Positions 1 to 13,789 of a stretch of DNA of 64,000 nucleotides are shown here, one piece after another; position 1 is the first letter of the stretch, and each line of letters begins with the position of its first letter. The stretch lies in NCBI GenBank assembly GCA_964016885.1, contig OZ024745.1:46066001-46130000 (forward strand), in the 5' to 3' direction. Made by a program: the position numbers and the translations under genes. This DNA is from Eledone cirrhosa. Taxonomy: Eukaryota. The notes beneath the pieces were generated by a model. That model had not been told where the DNA came from. It was given only the letters and a program-made list of their open reading frames with translations, and did not search any database.

Positions 1-222
1 ATCACCATCAAATTTGTTATTCGTACATCACCATCAAATTTGTTATTCGTACATCACCATCAAATTTGTTATTCGTACATCACCATCAAATTTGTTATTC
101 GTACATCACCATCAAATTTGTTATTCGTACATCACCATCAAATTTGTTATTCGTACATCACCATCAAATTTGTTATTCGTACATCACCATCAAATTTGTT
201 ATTCGTACATCACCATCAAATT
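1..222. repeat. 26-bp minisatellite (ATCACCATCAAATTTGTTATTCGTAC)n, about 8.5 copies, cut by the window edge
   Basis: Perfect 26-nt period read directly; ORFs 14..319 and 40..225 are artefacts of it. Confidence 0.95.
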
Positions 223-393
223 TGAACTCACAAACATAGTATCCATTCAAATATCTCACATGTACACAGCAACAATCTTTTGTTCCCTACAATATTTACA
301 ATATAGCATATATTTTTAATTGATATTTTGTAGGTTGTAGGTTCAGTAGATAAGTTGTAGAATCGTGTAAAAGGTATTTATATATATATATAC

Positions 394-447
<54 letters not shown>

Positions 448-1641
448 ATATATATATAGAGAGAGAGGTGACAGTTACTTCTATAATATTTAAGTGACGT
501 ATGTGATTGTAAAGCTAAATTAGTTATGCTCTCTTACACTTTATGTAATAGTATTAAATACAGTCAATTTACACTTAAATAATATGGTTGTTTAGGAAGT
601 ATCGATTGAAATAGAGCGAAACAATGTTATGACTAAACCCGTTAAAGAGAATAATTAGCCCGAAACCGGTACATTACGTTTCTCTTTAGCAAAAACCTAT
701 TAGAAATCTAAGGCAGAAAATAATAATAGCAAAATTAACCTTTTATATTAAATATCAAAATCTTAAGAATCGAACCCATACCTTAGAATTTACTTTAAGT
801 AACTAAATACTAAAAACGTTAAGATCATGAAATACATAGTGAAATTAGTCTTTTACAATATTTACAGTATCATTTTTTTTTTTTAATGATTAAAACTTTC
901 TAATTAGCTGAGTGGTTAGAGTGTCGGATTAAATAATTGCTGATTTAATTGGCACTCGAGTCTTCGATTTCAGTTCTGACTTGCGTGTGTAAAGAAACAG
1001 AAATGTCAGTGAAGTAAGGATGACCGACTATTTGCCCTAAGTGCTCTTCTGGTAATGGTTCCCTGTTGGCTGCAGTGCTAGATTACATTGGCTCCGATCA
1101 TTATGTAATTTGATCAATATTGGGCTGACTGTTTATTTTTAATGATCGCATCGAATTTTTCAGGAATATACAGAGACTTAAGAAATGTGAATAAAAAGTT
1201 AAACTAGTGTGATTTGCGTTTGTCTTTGTCGTGTTGTGTATATATTTAGGGTAATGTAGGGTACGACAATTTCTTTATACAAAACTGATAATCCTTTGCA
1301 AGATATTGAGTTATTTGCATTCATTTACAATACCTCAAATTTCATAATAAAAAAATAGCTCCATCATATATTACTGACGAAATAGAAATGGATGATGGCG
1401 AAATTTCAGAAGGACGAAATTGTTGTTTATAATATATATATATATATATATATAATTGTTTCTACTTTAGGCACAAGGCCAGCAATCACACAGTGCATTA
1501 CTGGTACTTTATTTATATAATGATATGATTCCAGTTCCTAAGAGAAATAACAACACTACCAGGAGCTGGACATATCGAGGGATTGACGGAGTATACCACA
1601 CTTCAACAACATGTGTACCTGTCCTTCCCACACCAATTCGG

Positions 1642-1696
1642 ACTGCCTGAAGAGGTCACAGCCAGTGATGGCTGTCACTGAAATATATATAGCAGT
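1642..1696 (+). ncRNA. Minimal type I hammerhead ribozyme motif (PLE-type)
   Basis: ACTGC-CTGAAGA-stem II (GGT..ACAGCCA/TGGCTGT..ACT)-GAAA-TATATA-TA-GCAGT: perfect 5-bp stem I, canonical core, palindromic stem III, AUA site. Confidence 0.75.
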
Positions 1697-1826
1697 ATAT
1701 CTATAATTTATAATAAACGATTTACATATTTGACTTAATTATTTTACATTACTCCGGAGTAAACAAACCAACCTGCGTACTTCGTCAAGTGCTCCAATCT
1801 GCATACTGAGGTGTCGGTAAACAACT

Positions 1827-1883
<57 letters not shown>

Positions 1884-2509
1884 GCTGGGGGAGAGAGCAA
1901 AGAAAGGCAAGAGTGGTAAGTGTGAGAAAAAGAAAGAGAATACGCATATATTTTCATTTCATTGTTGCTTTCTGACCGTTTTTCCTGTACTTTTTTGTAG
2001 TAACCTTTTTAAAACTTTGATATTATTCATCAATCAATTAATTGATAAACAAATAAATACTCAATATATGTTATGGGCTTGTGTAACAGTGTATGGGTGT
2101 GGGTGTATGTGTGTGTTTGTGCTAATGTGTGTATAGTCTGCATTTTTTTCGGTGTTTTTTCATTCATATATTGCTGTAATTTTTGAATAGCACCTAAAAC
2201 ACGATGCGGTCAATATATTGCAACGATTTTTCCTATCCATTAAGAATCCACAACAATAGAAACTTGATGGGGTAGACTTGCATCCAGCAAACCGGAAATT
2301 TTTTACGTTGTTCCTCAAATTAACATGGCTGTTGATTATATTAAGTGCACCGAATCGGTGCCAGTTCCGCTCCTCCTACATACGAATATTTAATAGTTTG
2401 AATGATTCGGTATTCTTTATAAATTAGCCCCATGAATGTCTTCTCGCAAGTTGGGAAACAAGCATATAGATATGTTTAAAAATGCTTAAAGTCTCATCAA
2501 GACAGGAGG

Positions 2510-2705
2510 CTCATTAGACCAGTACTTATCCCGGTTTACTTGGCGTTAATCGACTGAGAGTACAAGACTTACACCTAAACAGGACACCAGTTCATCGCAG
2601 GGTTAAACACCTTGTTACTGCTGGTATTCTTTCAGCTGAGAATACTGGAGAAACGTGAAAGGAAGTATTTTGCTCAAGAACACAACACACAACTCAGACC
2701 AGACA
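2510..2705 (-). mobile_element. Second tRNA-derived SINE family, diverged copy
   Basis: Shares TCTTGAGCAAA..CACGTTTCTCCAG..CAGCTGAAA and its 3' part with copies at 14590-14820, 58128-58330 and 58910-59052. Confidence 0.55.
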
Positions 2706-2882
2706 TCGAAATACGTCTCTATATACTTATTTATTCATAACCCGCCCCCTCCTCTAGCAATTAACGTGTATTAAGTTCATTTTTCTTTCTTTCTGATTTG
2801 ACTGTCCATATCCTTACTCACATCAAGGATTCGTTTTATATTTTTAAGTTATGTAAATCTCAGACAAGGTTTGGGTGGACAT

Positions 2883-2981
2883 GAGGTTAACTTTCCTTTC
2901 ATCCTTACGGGGTCGATAAAATAAAGTACCAGTAATACACTGGGATAATTGCTGGCCTTGTGCCAAAAGTAGAAACAATTG
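2883..2981 (+). mobile_element. SINE family A, 5'-truncated
   Basis: Core CCTTTCATCCTTACGGGGTCGATAAAATAAAGTACCAG plus 3' end GGCCTTGTGCCAAAAGTAGAAACAATT. Confidence 0.85.
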
Positions 2982-3048
2982 TAACAATATCCTTCCTCGA
3001 CGTGATTGTTAAACACTTAGGATGAAGGATCATTATAAATGAAAATAA

Positions 3049-3238
3049 AGGGCGATGGATTGAGAGTATCGGTAGAGGGTCGGACGCTATGCTTTCCAGC
3101 ATAGTTACGTCCCTTTACGATCTGAGTTCAAATCCCGCCGAGGTTAACTTTACCTTTCATCCTTACGGGGTCGATAAAATAAAGTACCAGTAATGCACTG
3201 GGTAATTGCTGGCCTTGTGCCTAAAGTAGAAACAATTA
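3049..3238 (+). mobile_element. SINE family A (tRNA-derived, Meta/MESC-like central domain), full length
   Basis: A-box-like head, B-box GAGTTCAAATCCC, conserved core; 15-bp TSD ATTATAAATGAAAAT at 3032-3046 and 3235-3249. Confidence 0.9.
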
Positions 3239-3464
3239 TAAATGAAAATGAAACATTATAATCTTCAATCATGTTGTCTTTCATTCACTAATAAATAAAA
3301 ACATTGCCTGTCTCGCCTTTCAGGACCTTTTTTACTGAATTACCGTTAAAGCCGCTGAATATGAATAGATGCCGTGAGTCTAAATCCTCTATCAGACCCG
3401 TCAACTCTCCCCATCCGATTTCTCACCCACTTTGGAGTGACTGAGAGATGTCTTCTCTTGTGAA

Positions 3465-4000
3465 ATGGGTATAGGTAGAGTGAGAGGGAATGAGAGAGAG
3501 TGTTGTATGGTAGATATAGGGAGGGGGATAGTTTGGTGATAATTGATATAGTGAGGCGTATTGGGGGTAGATGTCAATGCTTGTAGATGTAATGAGTGGG
3601 TTGGGAGAGATAAATGTTGCTAAATATATAGAGTGGGACTGGATGAGACATTGTTGCAAAAGATATAAAGAGGTTAGTTTGTGATGGATGGAAAGAGAAC
3701 GATTACGGCAGAGTATGATAGAGATGGGGATGAGGAGAGTTTGGAGATTGATATAAAGAGGGAGATTGGGAGAGTGTTTGTATGTTAGATATAGAGAGGG
3801 AGAGAGTTTAGGGGTGATTGATATAGAGAGGGGGATTGGGACAGATAAGCGTAGATAATTATGGAGAGGGTGAGTGTATTGGTGTTCGATAGGGAGAGTC
3901 AGTGTCATGGTAGATATAGAGAGGGGGGGGTTAGTACATACAGGGGGATTAAAAGAGAGTTGTGTGTGATAGACATAGAGAGGGGGGAGTTTGGTGGTAC
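3465..4000. repeat. Degenerate purine-rich (GA-rich) tandem repeat
   Basis: Recurrent GTAGATATAGAGAGGGGG-type units; similar tract at 51455-51770. Confidence 0.7.
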
Positions 4001-4040
4001 TCTCAGGTCCCAAAAGTCAATACCGAAGTAGAGTTTAAAT

Positions 4041-4189
4041 ATTCATTTATTATGGCTAAGTGATGCGCCTTGTTACTCTGGAGTCTCACCTGGGTACTCA
4101 CAGGATCACCAGACAAGACTGGTGATCCTGTGAGTGCGCAGGTGAAACTTTAGAGTAGCAAATCTCACCAATAGCCATAATAAATGAAT
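4041..4189. mobile_element. Fold-back element with degenerate hammerhead motif
   Basis: Arms ATTCATTTATTATGGCTA..CACAGGATCACCAG / CTGGTGATCCTGTG..TAGCCATAATAAATGAAT around a 6-nt loop; minus strand CTTGT-CTGGTGA..GAGAC..GTA-ACAAG; followed by (TA)n. Confidence 0.65.
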
Positions 4190-4190
4190 G

Positions 4191-4229
<39 letters not shown>

Positions 4230-4347
4230 AGGCGAAGAAATTGGATATAATACCAATTTCTTACCAAATGCGAAGAAGCAGCTCGATATTTTAACCCCTT
4301 AAGATCGGGTACAGAGCTTACTTTTTTTAAATTATATATATATATAC

Positions 4348-4584
4348 AGTGGCGGTGGAACTGGGGATGATATCCCCCCCCCCTACCAATAATTATATTT
4401 TTCTCCCTAACCTACCTACCAAAACACACATATATTACGCTGCAATTTATGTACATGTTATGTTTATCGCATATCGAAGTTTTCTGACCATTTTAGAGTG
4501 CAAAGCGCTAAACTAATCACTACAACTAAATTGACCAAATTTGCCAACCCCACATCCCCCCCCCCATTCAGAAATGCTTCCTCC

Positions 4585-4590
<6 letters not shown>
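4348..4590 (+). mobile_element. Putative MITE/DNA transposon fragment
   Basis: Starts CAGTGGCGGTGGAACTGGGG; first ~120 bp homologous to 51322-51440; flanked by (TA)n. Confidence 0.45.
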
Positions 4591-4624
<34 letters not shown>

Positions 4625-5280
4625 TTTAGATAACTGTGATATAAACACAGCTTTAAACAGTCATAGCGAGATTCTCGTAAATTTATTATACATAAACATA
4701 TTGTATATGCTTTCATATCGCCTCTATTATGAACCACACTATATTCGGTCTATTGCTAATTAAACTTTAGAAGTATCTGCAATGTTGTAGGTACTGATCC
4801 TTCTGTCTTAACTAACATATACACCAGTACTAGAATTTTAACAGAGTATTTATTACAACAACAATAACTACCTACGCCTGAGTCACTCTGCCTTATAACA
4901 GAACTATCATTTTTATTCTGAATGCACAAAAATTTTTAGTGATTTGCACATTTACTTTCAGAGAAAAGATAACTTTATAAAGACGACTTCTAAAAATAGT
5001 AGTAGTCCCTCAGCAAATGTTCGTTTTTTTTTTTGTTTTTTTTTTGTTTTTTTTTTTTGCTTTTTTTTTTTTGTTTTTTTTTGTGTTTTTTTTTTTGGGG
5101 GGGGGGGTATATGTACATACCATGTTTCCGTGTAATCACAAGATCGCGGCGTGTGTGTGTGCGCCGCAGGGTTTTAATGCTCAAACAATTGTGTTATTTT
5201 TATAAATATTTATATCTAAATTGATTTGCAATGTCCATTGCCAACGGATTACTTTCCTTGCTTATTTCTACTTGAAATTT

Positions 5281-5498
5281 AATTGTTTCTACTTTTGGCA
5301 TGTGGCCAGCAATTTGAAGGAAGCGGGGAAAGTCGATCAAATTGACCCCACTGCGTTTCTGATACTTTATTTTATCGACCCCGCAAGGATGAAAGGCAAA
5401 GCTAACCTCGGTAGGATTTGAACTCAGACCGTTTAAGAGCTATATAGCGCAAAGCATGTTGCCCGTCGCTCATATGATTCTGACAATCCACCGCCCTT
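5281..5498 (-). mobile_element. SINE family A, long form
   Basis: Reverse complement of consensus including the GTCGAT..ATCGAC hairpin insert. Confidence 0.85.
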
Positions 5499-6600
5499 AT
5501 AATTTATTGAACACTTTTTGCCTTTGCGCATAAGCAGAAAATATATTTCTTTATTTGTTATAAGCCGTTTTCATACCCAAACTAATTTCTATTGATATTC
5601 TATTAGATAGTTGTATATATCTGTTACTGGTTTTGAGAAAGCATGAAATTAGATAATTGGAATGTAATAAAGAAATAAAATATATTTGAATGAAAAGACT
5701 CTTATCGGTTGTATGCGCCTCGTTTCACTTGAAGTTGAATGAAAGGATTTATCAAGTATAATTGCTGTTATTTAACAGAAATACTATAATGGCTGCTATT
5801 ATAACTGTTCATGCTAACATTATTGCTGCTTGTAAGTAGTCTCTTCCTTTGACAGAACATGCTGTAAAAGAGGTGAGTGGCCGAAATAGTTTTTATTGCT
5901 TAGTCAGCGAAGGAGGAGGAATACACGTGACCATTTCATGGCCGCTGAAACTGGTAACAAAAAGAGGGTAAATTATCCTCAAGCCGGAGACTTAGTGTGA
6001 ATGCTTTCAACAGAGAGTACTCAACCAAAGGCATCTGCGTTGCTTCCATCCACCAATTTTCGCTTATAAATGTTTGCTCAGTTCGAGGCTCTTGCTACGT
6101 ATATACCACTGCAGGCCCTGCCAACCTCTAAAAGCCTAAGCGGGGAGTACCATGAAAGAAGTGTCCTAAAACAGGGAGAAATGAGGCAAAATGGGGAGAT
6201 TTTACATAATGAAAACTATACCCATTTTCACAAGAAGACATCTCTTACCCACCGCAAAGTGGGTAGGAGAACTCCCCGTCGGACGGGGAGAGTTGACAGG
6301 TATGCCACTGGGTGTTATCTTGATGTTAACTTGAAACCAGGCTGTTGTAAAGCTAGTCTCCTAATCACACAGCCATGTCTGATACTGCAATAGACTGAAT
6401 GATGTTCAGTTATTATTTTCAGCACTCAAAGCAACTATGTTCACGTCCTACTCCGATAGACTTTGCCTTTTAATAAAACCCGTTCGATAGAATCGGCACC
6501 AGACACGCCTCGGGATGGATTCCACAGACGATACATGCTCCACAGGTGTTTGCCCAACCATTAATGAAAAATACATTATTGCTATTCTTACGTACAGAAT

Positions 6601-7010
6601 TTGGATTGGCAGTATTGGTAGAGTATCAGATAAAATAATTGAGGCATTTGGTTACGACTTTTTACGCCCTGTGTTCAAATCCCACCAAGGTCAACTTTGC
6701 CTCTCACTCTTCCTGGATCTATAAAGTAACATACCAGTTAATTACTGGGGTTGATATAATGACTTTCCCTTTCCCCGAAATTGCTGGCCTACACCAATGT
6801 TAGAAAGGATTTATCGGTAGAGCGTTGGAAAACATGCTTCGCAGCATAGAGTTGCAACCCTTTACGTTCTCAAAACCCACCGAGGTTAGCATTGCCTTTC
6901 ATCCTTACGAGGTCGATAAATAAAGCACCAGTAATACACTGGGGTCGATTTAATCGACTTTTTCCATCCCCTTCAAATTGCTGGCCTTGTGGCTAAAGCA
7001 GAAACAATTA
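6601..7010 (+). mobile_element. Two tandem SINE family A copies (long form, diverged)
   Basis: Two successive head/core/3'-end units, about 6601-6808 and 6813-7010. Confidence 0.8.
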
Positions 7011-7274
7011 TTACTATTCGTTAGTAAAATGAACTAGATAGTCTAGCGCAAAGAGTTTTATGCCATGTTGGTCACAGTTAAAATAATGCCTGTGTAAACT
7101 TTCTCTTTTATCCAATCGAGGCAATATAGACAATGGTTAATTCAATCAACTTAACACATTCCTACGAAGAATTTGCTTGTAACGAGTTAAGGAAAGTTGA
7201 GTGGAGATATTGATTTCTTTAATGTTCTTGCTAGTCTTAACTGGTAACATCTCATATATATATACATATATTTC

Positions 7275-7410
7275 GTTTCTGAATTTGTTTAGCAAGATTC
7301 TTTATCTGAAAACGTGTGTTGAAATGTTGAAACCGATATTATTATACTTTGGGAGGGTCAGTTTGCCAATAAGAAACACACGCACCAGTTGCTTTCACTC
7401 CAATTTATTA
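7275..7410 (+). repeat. Unclassified ~130-bp dispersed repeat
   Basis: TTTGGGAGGGTCA..CAATAA.AAACACACGCACCA also at 12345-12460 (-) and 28890-28967 (+). Confidence 0.65.
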
Positions 7411-7440
7411 TAAATTAAAAATATATATATATATATGCAT

Positions 7441-7474
<34 letters not shown>

Positions 7475-7486
7475 GTGTGTATATGC

Positions 7487-7519
<33 letters not shown>

Positions 7520-7554
7520 CATATATATAAATATATGTGTGTGTGTGTGTATGC

Positions 7555-7592
<38 letters not shown>

Positions 7593-7990
7593 TTTTAAAA
7601 GATAATATATCATAATGTATTGTACATGGAACGTATATGAAGCGCATACTAAGATTGAAATAAAAACCTATATTTTACTATCCTGCAACGTATCAACGCA
7701 AAAATTATTACTATAAAATAAAAATAATATTCATGCATATATATCTATATGCTTGTATACTCTACTAACGTATTGAATACCGCTTTTGATTGTGGTCACC
7801 TATCCATCTATTATATATGTAAGTTTTTTTTAACTTAATTAGATTGTTCTCTGTAAAATATTAGTGGTGTGCTTTCCTATGATATTGGTTGTGTGCAAAG
7901 CTCTGAGGTCTTGGATTTTTACGCCTAATTCTCTCATAGAGCTATCATAGAACCATATGGTCATTATCTATGTGTGTGTGTGGGGGGAGG

Positions 7991-8270
7991 TCTTCTCTTC
8001 TTCGTCTATTTATTTCTGGGAGGGTCGTGGGTGCAGAGACCTCAAACACTCCTTCCAGCAGATCCTACCAGTTGCAACCATCTCCAGCTGATCTGGCTGG
8101 ATCCCCAAGCGAGACCAGCCAAGCTCATGGATATTATCTAACCATCTTGCTCAGGGTCTTCCCCTGGGTCTCCCGCCGGTTGGTTTTGCCCGTAAAATCT
8201 TTCCAGCGATTCTTTCTTAAGACATTCTAACCACATGCCCATAGTATCAAAACTGTGATCTCTCAATTCA
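7991..8270 (-). mobile_element. RTE-clade LINE 3' end fragment
   Basis: Minus strand translates GRPRGRP*ARWLDNIHELGWSRLGI..WKECLRSLHPRPSQK*, typical RTE C-terminus; GAA-type tail. Confidence 0.75.
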
Positions 8271-8911
8271 ATGTATGTTGAACATTTTCTATTTTTTATT
8301 TGAGCTCGATTTTGCAACTCTGTCCTTACTTTTACTGTATTAGACTGATCGAGAGCTTATGGCCTGAATTATGTTTCTTAATTTCCCGCCAATGCGTTTC
8401 CTCACAGCGGTCAGTTTTAACTGATTTCCTCTTTAGGAGGCCACGTATCACCACAAACTTGAAACTGTTATACTCAGTGATGGCAGCGACTGGACTTGAA
8501 CGTGTCATTTAGACAAACGTTACTACAACGCCCGGTTGTGTAATATCTGCAGTTATTGCATAACTACGCTGAATGATATTTGTAGTGGTATGTGTTATGA
8601 GCAAAATGTAGTACAGAAACTATCGAAAGTCTGGGTTTATGATATACAACTATCATTAGCCATGCACTGCCGTTTACATACTAATAACAAATTAGATATA
8701 AGTTTGTATTTCTCACGTACAAATATTATAATATCGTTGAGTGAGAAAGTGGCGACCAGAGTTACACAGATTCTTTTCGGCAAACTTCGTCAACTAATAT
8801 TTATATAATGTGTGTGTGTGTCTTTTTTTTTCTGTGTTCTCCCTTTCTGTTTATGATTTTCTCTTTATATACCTCCTTACTCCTCGTTTTTCTCCGCTTA
8901 TTCTCTACTTG

Positions 8912-8975
<64 letters not shown>

Positions 8976-10270
8976 CTTTCTATCTCTTTCTATATCTCTC
9001 TATCTCTATCTCTCTCTATCTATCTATCTATACCTCTGTTAATTTCTATTCCACAACTTTATCATCGTTTATTACTATCTCCCTCTCTCCCTCTCTTTCA
9101 CTCTCCCTCTCTTTCACTCTCACTTTTCCTTCCTCATCCGTTTACACATTGCTCTTTCTTCATCCGGCATTTATATTCCGTCTTGCTAAACTACTTGCCT
9201 TGAAACTAGGACAACCAGTCTTACTGATTGTTATATTGCTGTTTTCCTTAAACATATATTATTTATTTCTCTTCAGAATAAAACATATGAAAGAAAAGTC
9301 CTCTTGCTTCGTTAATAGTATTCATTTGATTTATTTAGCATTTTACAACTTCAAAATACATAATTCACTATTCTTTTGTTTATCCTTTTTTCTGTGTTGC
9401 TCGTTGCTACTTTAAGAAAAACAAACGTTGCTAATAGAATCTTGAGTATTTCCTTACGGTTAGGTTATAGAATGTATTATTTTGCTATTTTTGTGTTTTC
9501 CACGTCTTCGCCTAAACCAAGAACATCCAATTATATATGTTTGAAGACCACTGCCATTAATTAATATGTCAACAACTGATATAGTCGCAAACACAGTTTT
9601 ATACAAAATGATAGCAATATTTTTAAATGATCGGTCATATGTTTTTTAAGGTTTTTTCTTTTCTTTTCAGTTTATTTTATATTTTCATCATACATTTCTC
9701 TTTCGTTTATTGTTTATCTGATCTCTCTTTCATGATTTGCTCCTTTTTTTCCCTTTAATTTTAATCTAGAACAAGGCGATGGTTTGCAAACATGTCTCTT
9801 TTGTTTCTTTACTATCTAATAATTTCCTTGTACACATATTGATTATTTATATTGAAAATAATATTCAGCAAAGTTAGATACATAGCAATTAGCGACTACC
9901 TTATTTTGATTATTCGTCTATTATTAAATTCAAAACGAAAGAAACAAGTATTATAAAAACCTCCCAAAGAATCTGGTAAACACTTTTAATATTCCCAGTT
10001 TATAATGTATTAAATCAAGTGTTTACGGAAATTTCTTTTCCGATTTTCTTTCTTCAGTTTCAGACAGTGTGAGTCACTTATGGTGGGAAGAATATACACC
10101 GGTTCATCATATTGTCTTGGATCATTGCCTTCTAGAGAGTTCCATTGCAATCCCGTCACTCTGTAACAGTCATATAGACTAATTTTAAACAAGTCAGAAG
10201 TCCTTCTTTCAGTAGTCCAACCACAGCTTCACTGAGGGAAGAAGTTTTGCCATATCTAGTTACGTTGTAA

Positions 10271-10482
10271 TAATTGTTTCTGATTTAGGCACAAACTAAC
10301 AATTTGTGGGGAGGAAAAAGTTGTTTAAATCGACCCCAGTGCGTTACTGGTACTTTATTTTTATCGACGCCGTAAGGATAAAAGACAACACTAACCTCAG
10401 TGGGATTTGAACTCAGAGCATAAAGGGCCGTAACTCGAAGCTGCAAAGCATGTTGTCCGATGCTCTAAAGATACTACCAATA
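10271..10482 (-). mobile_element. SINE family A, long form
   Basis: Reverse complement match to consensus. Confidence 0.8.
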
Positions 10483-10656
10483 AATCATGCGGCTAGTAGA
10501 GAGTTGATGAGGTAATCATTTTTTACGCTATCGTCTGTTTTTTTTTGTTTTTTTTTTTGTTTTATTTTGTCTGCATATGTTATTCAACCTTGCTTTTCTC
10601 CACTCATATTTCGTTCTTACTTCTCCACGTCAACACATTTCTCGACACATGCTATA

Positions 10657-10714
<58 letters not shown>

Positions 10715-11360
10715 TATCTCTCTCGTCATATACTATACGTTCCATCCCTTTCGTTCCATCTTTTCTTCTCTTTCTCTCTCTTCTTCTTCTTCTTCTCTGA
10801 CCCCTCTTTTGTTCATAACGGGTTTTTCACCTAATTTTTTATGCCATAATCATTTAAAGCTGCGGGCTGTTTTACAGCTATTTCTGCGTTTGAGTTCCTT
10901 ACCTTTCTATGAAATACATATACACTGAACGCCCCGAATCGATAATTCAATTCATTTCATATCATGTAATAAATATAAGAATAAAAAAAAAAATTATTGG
11001 ATCATCTAAGTATTTTTTTTTACTTTATTTATGTTATTGTAATGAAGTTCATAAAAAAATATATATTTAAATTTTTACATTCCTATCTACGATGCATTTC
11101 CCGCCCGACTGAGCCTCATAAATGTGGGATAGAACGCATTAGTTATAATAGAAAAATGTAATGAACGTACTCTCTAAGTCTTTCTTTTCGGTCTTATCAG
11201 AAACACACAAGCATACCTATAGATAGATAGAATACATCTGAGTTGTGGTCTCAGCACCATAAGCTTTGTGTGCAGCTGATCACCTCCAAAGAAGGAGAGA
11301 GAGAGAGTCTGTGTGTGTGATAGAGAAGGAATGTAAAGGAGATATAGAGGAAGAAATGAT

Positions 11361-11500
11361 TCCAGGACTGGACTGATACTTCTATCGACCTCAAAAGGAT
11401 GAAAGGCAAAATTGACCTCGATGGGTTTTGAACTTGGAGCGCAGAGAGTCGAAACGAATATCGCAGAGCGTTGTATTCGACGTTCTATCGACTCTGCCTA
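11361..11500 (-). mobile_element. SINE family A, diverged
   Basis: ATCGACC..GGATGAAAGGCAAA..GACCTCG..TTTGAACT. Confidence 0.65.
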
Positions 11501-12049
11501 TCTGTATACTACTGGTGCATGTTCTAGACTCCAATGCAGTAGTATTACATAAAACAACCAAACATAATTTATTAATTACAAATAAATGATAGCATCTGTT
11601 GGCAAATAGTATCTAGTTTAGATCTGAAGTAATGTATAATGACATTAAGAGGTAAATGTAAAGTCAACAATCTCATTGATTTGCTGGCTGTTGCAAAGAG
11701 ATATATGATATTTATACGCATTGGATGGTAAACTTAAATAAGTTCTCCTTGTTTCCCTCTTCCTCTCCAAGCCTTTCTTTCGTTTTCCTTCTCTTCCTCG
11801 TTTTTAAATATAATTTCTATTATCAATGGGGTTTTACAAAGAAAGCAACAAAAGTTACCCAGGGAACAATGCAGTTTTGATTTCCATCTGAAGAGGATGT
11901 CATCACAAGGTAATCTCTTCTCTACTAAATAAAATTGTGTCTATGTAAGCAATTACATGTTTTAATATTACAGTAGTTATCGATATTAGTGTTTGTTCAC
12001 CATGTTAGCCGTAATATTAAAGTGATAGATTCCCGGCCAGGCAGGTTCA

Positions 12050-12170
12050 TAATTGTTTCTACTTTTGGCACAAGGCCAGCAATTACCCAGTGTATTACTG
12101 GTACTTTATTTTATCGACCCCGTAAGGATGAAAGGCAAAGTTAACCTCGGCGGGATTTGAACTCAGATCA
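12050..12170 (-). mobile_element. SINE family A, short form, 5'-truncated
   Basis: Near-consensus reverse complement. Confidence 0.85.
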
Positions 12171-12977
12171 TAAAATCACAAAACACAAAAGCAAGATGGT
12201 ATAGGACAGAACAAAGGAGAGACACAAAATAACAAATTAGTCACTGAGGTGGTTACAGAATGTGTGACAAAAGAACTTCGACAATAAATAAACAACTATC
12301 CGGTTATTAAACCAACCAACTGGAAATTTGCAATAAATTGAATTGAAAACTAACAGGTGCGTGTGTTTCTATTGGCAGCATAACCCTCCCAGAGTATAAC
12401 AATATCTGTTTCAACACACGTTTTCACATAAGGAATCTTGCAAAACAAATACAGAAATCTTTATATATGTGTGCGTATGTGAGTGTGTGAACGAATGAAA
12501 CAGTCCTGTAGACGTCATTTCATTACGAAATAAATACTTACCTTTTCTACTAACGTACTGAATACTTTATTTATTTGTAGTTCTCTTCCGTTCCTCTTGA
12601 AAAAACATTTTTGATTACCGTATTTGCTGGTCTATTGGATGCCCCCTTCATATAAGACGCCCTCTGGTTTTACAAGAACATTTTGATAAAAAAAAAAAAG
12701 AATTTTAGAACATTGCTTCATAAATTTATTGAAATTATTTCATTGTTTTTTTCATTGTACATCATCTGCACATTTACTAAGTCCACAATGGCTAAAATGA
12801 AATCTACTGTTATTAATACATACAGACAAAGCAAATTGCTGCATATCACCAAAAACACACACCCCGCATTTTCTCAACTATTATTTGTAGAGATCGATAT
12901 TATTATAGACATTTGCGTTATAACGACTACATTTCAAATTTCGAATTTTTTCAATGTTTCTTCAGACAAGCATACAT

Positions 12978-13027
<50 letters not shown>

Positions 13028-13789
13028 CCTCGCCATTACAACAGTAATTTATTGACGTTTAAGCTAGTTAGGCAAATTCGCCCTCTCTCACTATGGAGGA
13101 GAATTCCCGCCGAAAAATTTTACCTGCACACATGCACAGAGCAGCCACTGTAAAAGACAAATTGCAAATGCACTTGTCCGAGCAGTCTACACTCGCAGAA
13201 ACCTCAAATATCTTTAGGTCCAGGACATCCGTGTGCAATCACCCTATTATAAACAACTTTTTGGAGCACTCTGGGAGAGCTTTGCACAGTTATACGTTAA
13301 AACCATGTCTCATTGGGTGAGTAATGGGAACAACCGAGAATATAGTGAATATATTTCCTATAACTTCGTTACTATAAATATATGTGTGTGTGTGTGTGTG
13401 TCTGTGTGTGTGTTAAGAAAGATAGGGAGAGAGAGTGTAGTGACAGAAAAATATTGATGCATAAATACATACTTGCATGTATGCACAAATGCATAAGTAC
13501 ATACACACATACACACATACATACATTCATACATACATACATACATCTTCGTTATTTTCTCATTTCCCTCATTCCATTTCTGCAGCAAACCTTCTACTTC
13601 AGTGTGACTAATTTGTCTTTGCAAATTGTTTCAGACAAGCGATGAAATATTGGCATGTAATTAATTAGATTTTACAACGGACTGGGTGAAATCAATAAGA
13701 AAAAAATAAAGAATACTTCATAGCAAATAACTGTTACACTCTTGGAGAGATTACTCCTGTGTCTTATCATTGATCATTGATCTTTAGTC

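Noticed and set aside
1-222. 26-bp direct repeats as a CRISPR array
   Set aside because: No spacers, contiguous tandem units, eukaryotic context
620-680. CCGAAACCGGTA hammerhead-like 3' half
   Set aside because: No recognisable CUGANGA core or stem II upstream
5856-5872. 17-nt micro-exon with good acceptor and GTGAGT donor
   Set aside because: No partner exons found; it appears to lie in an old repeat and may be chance
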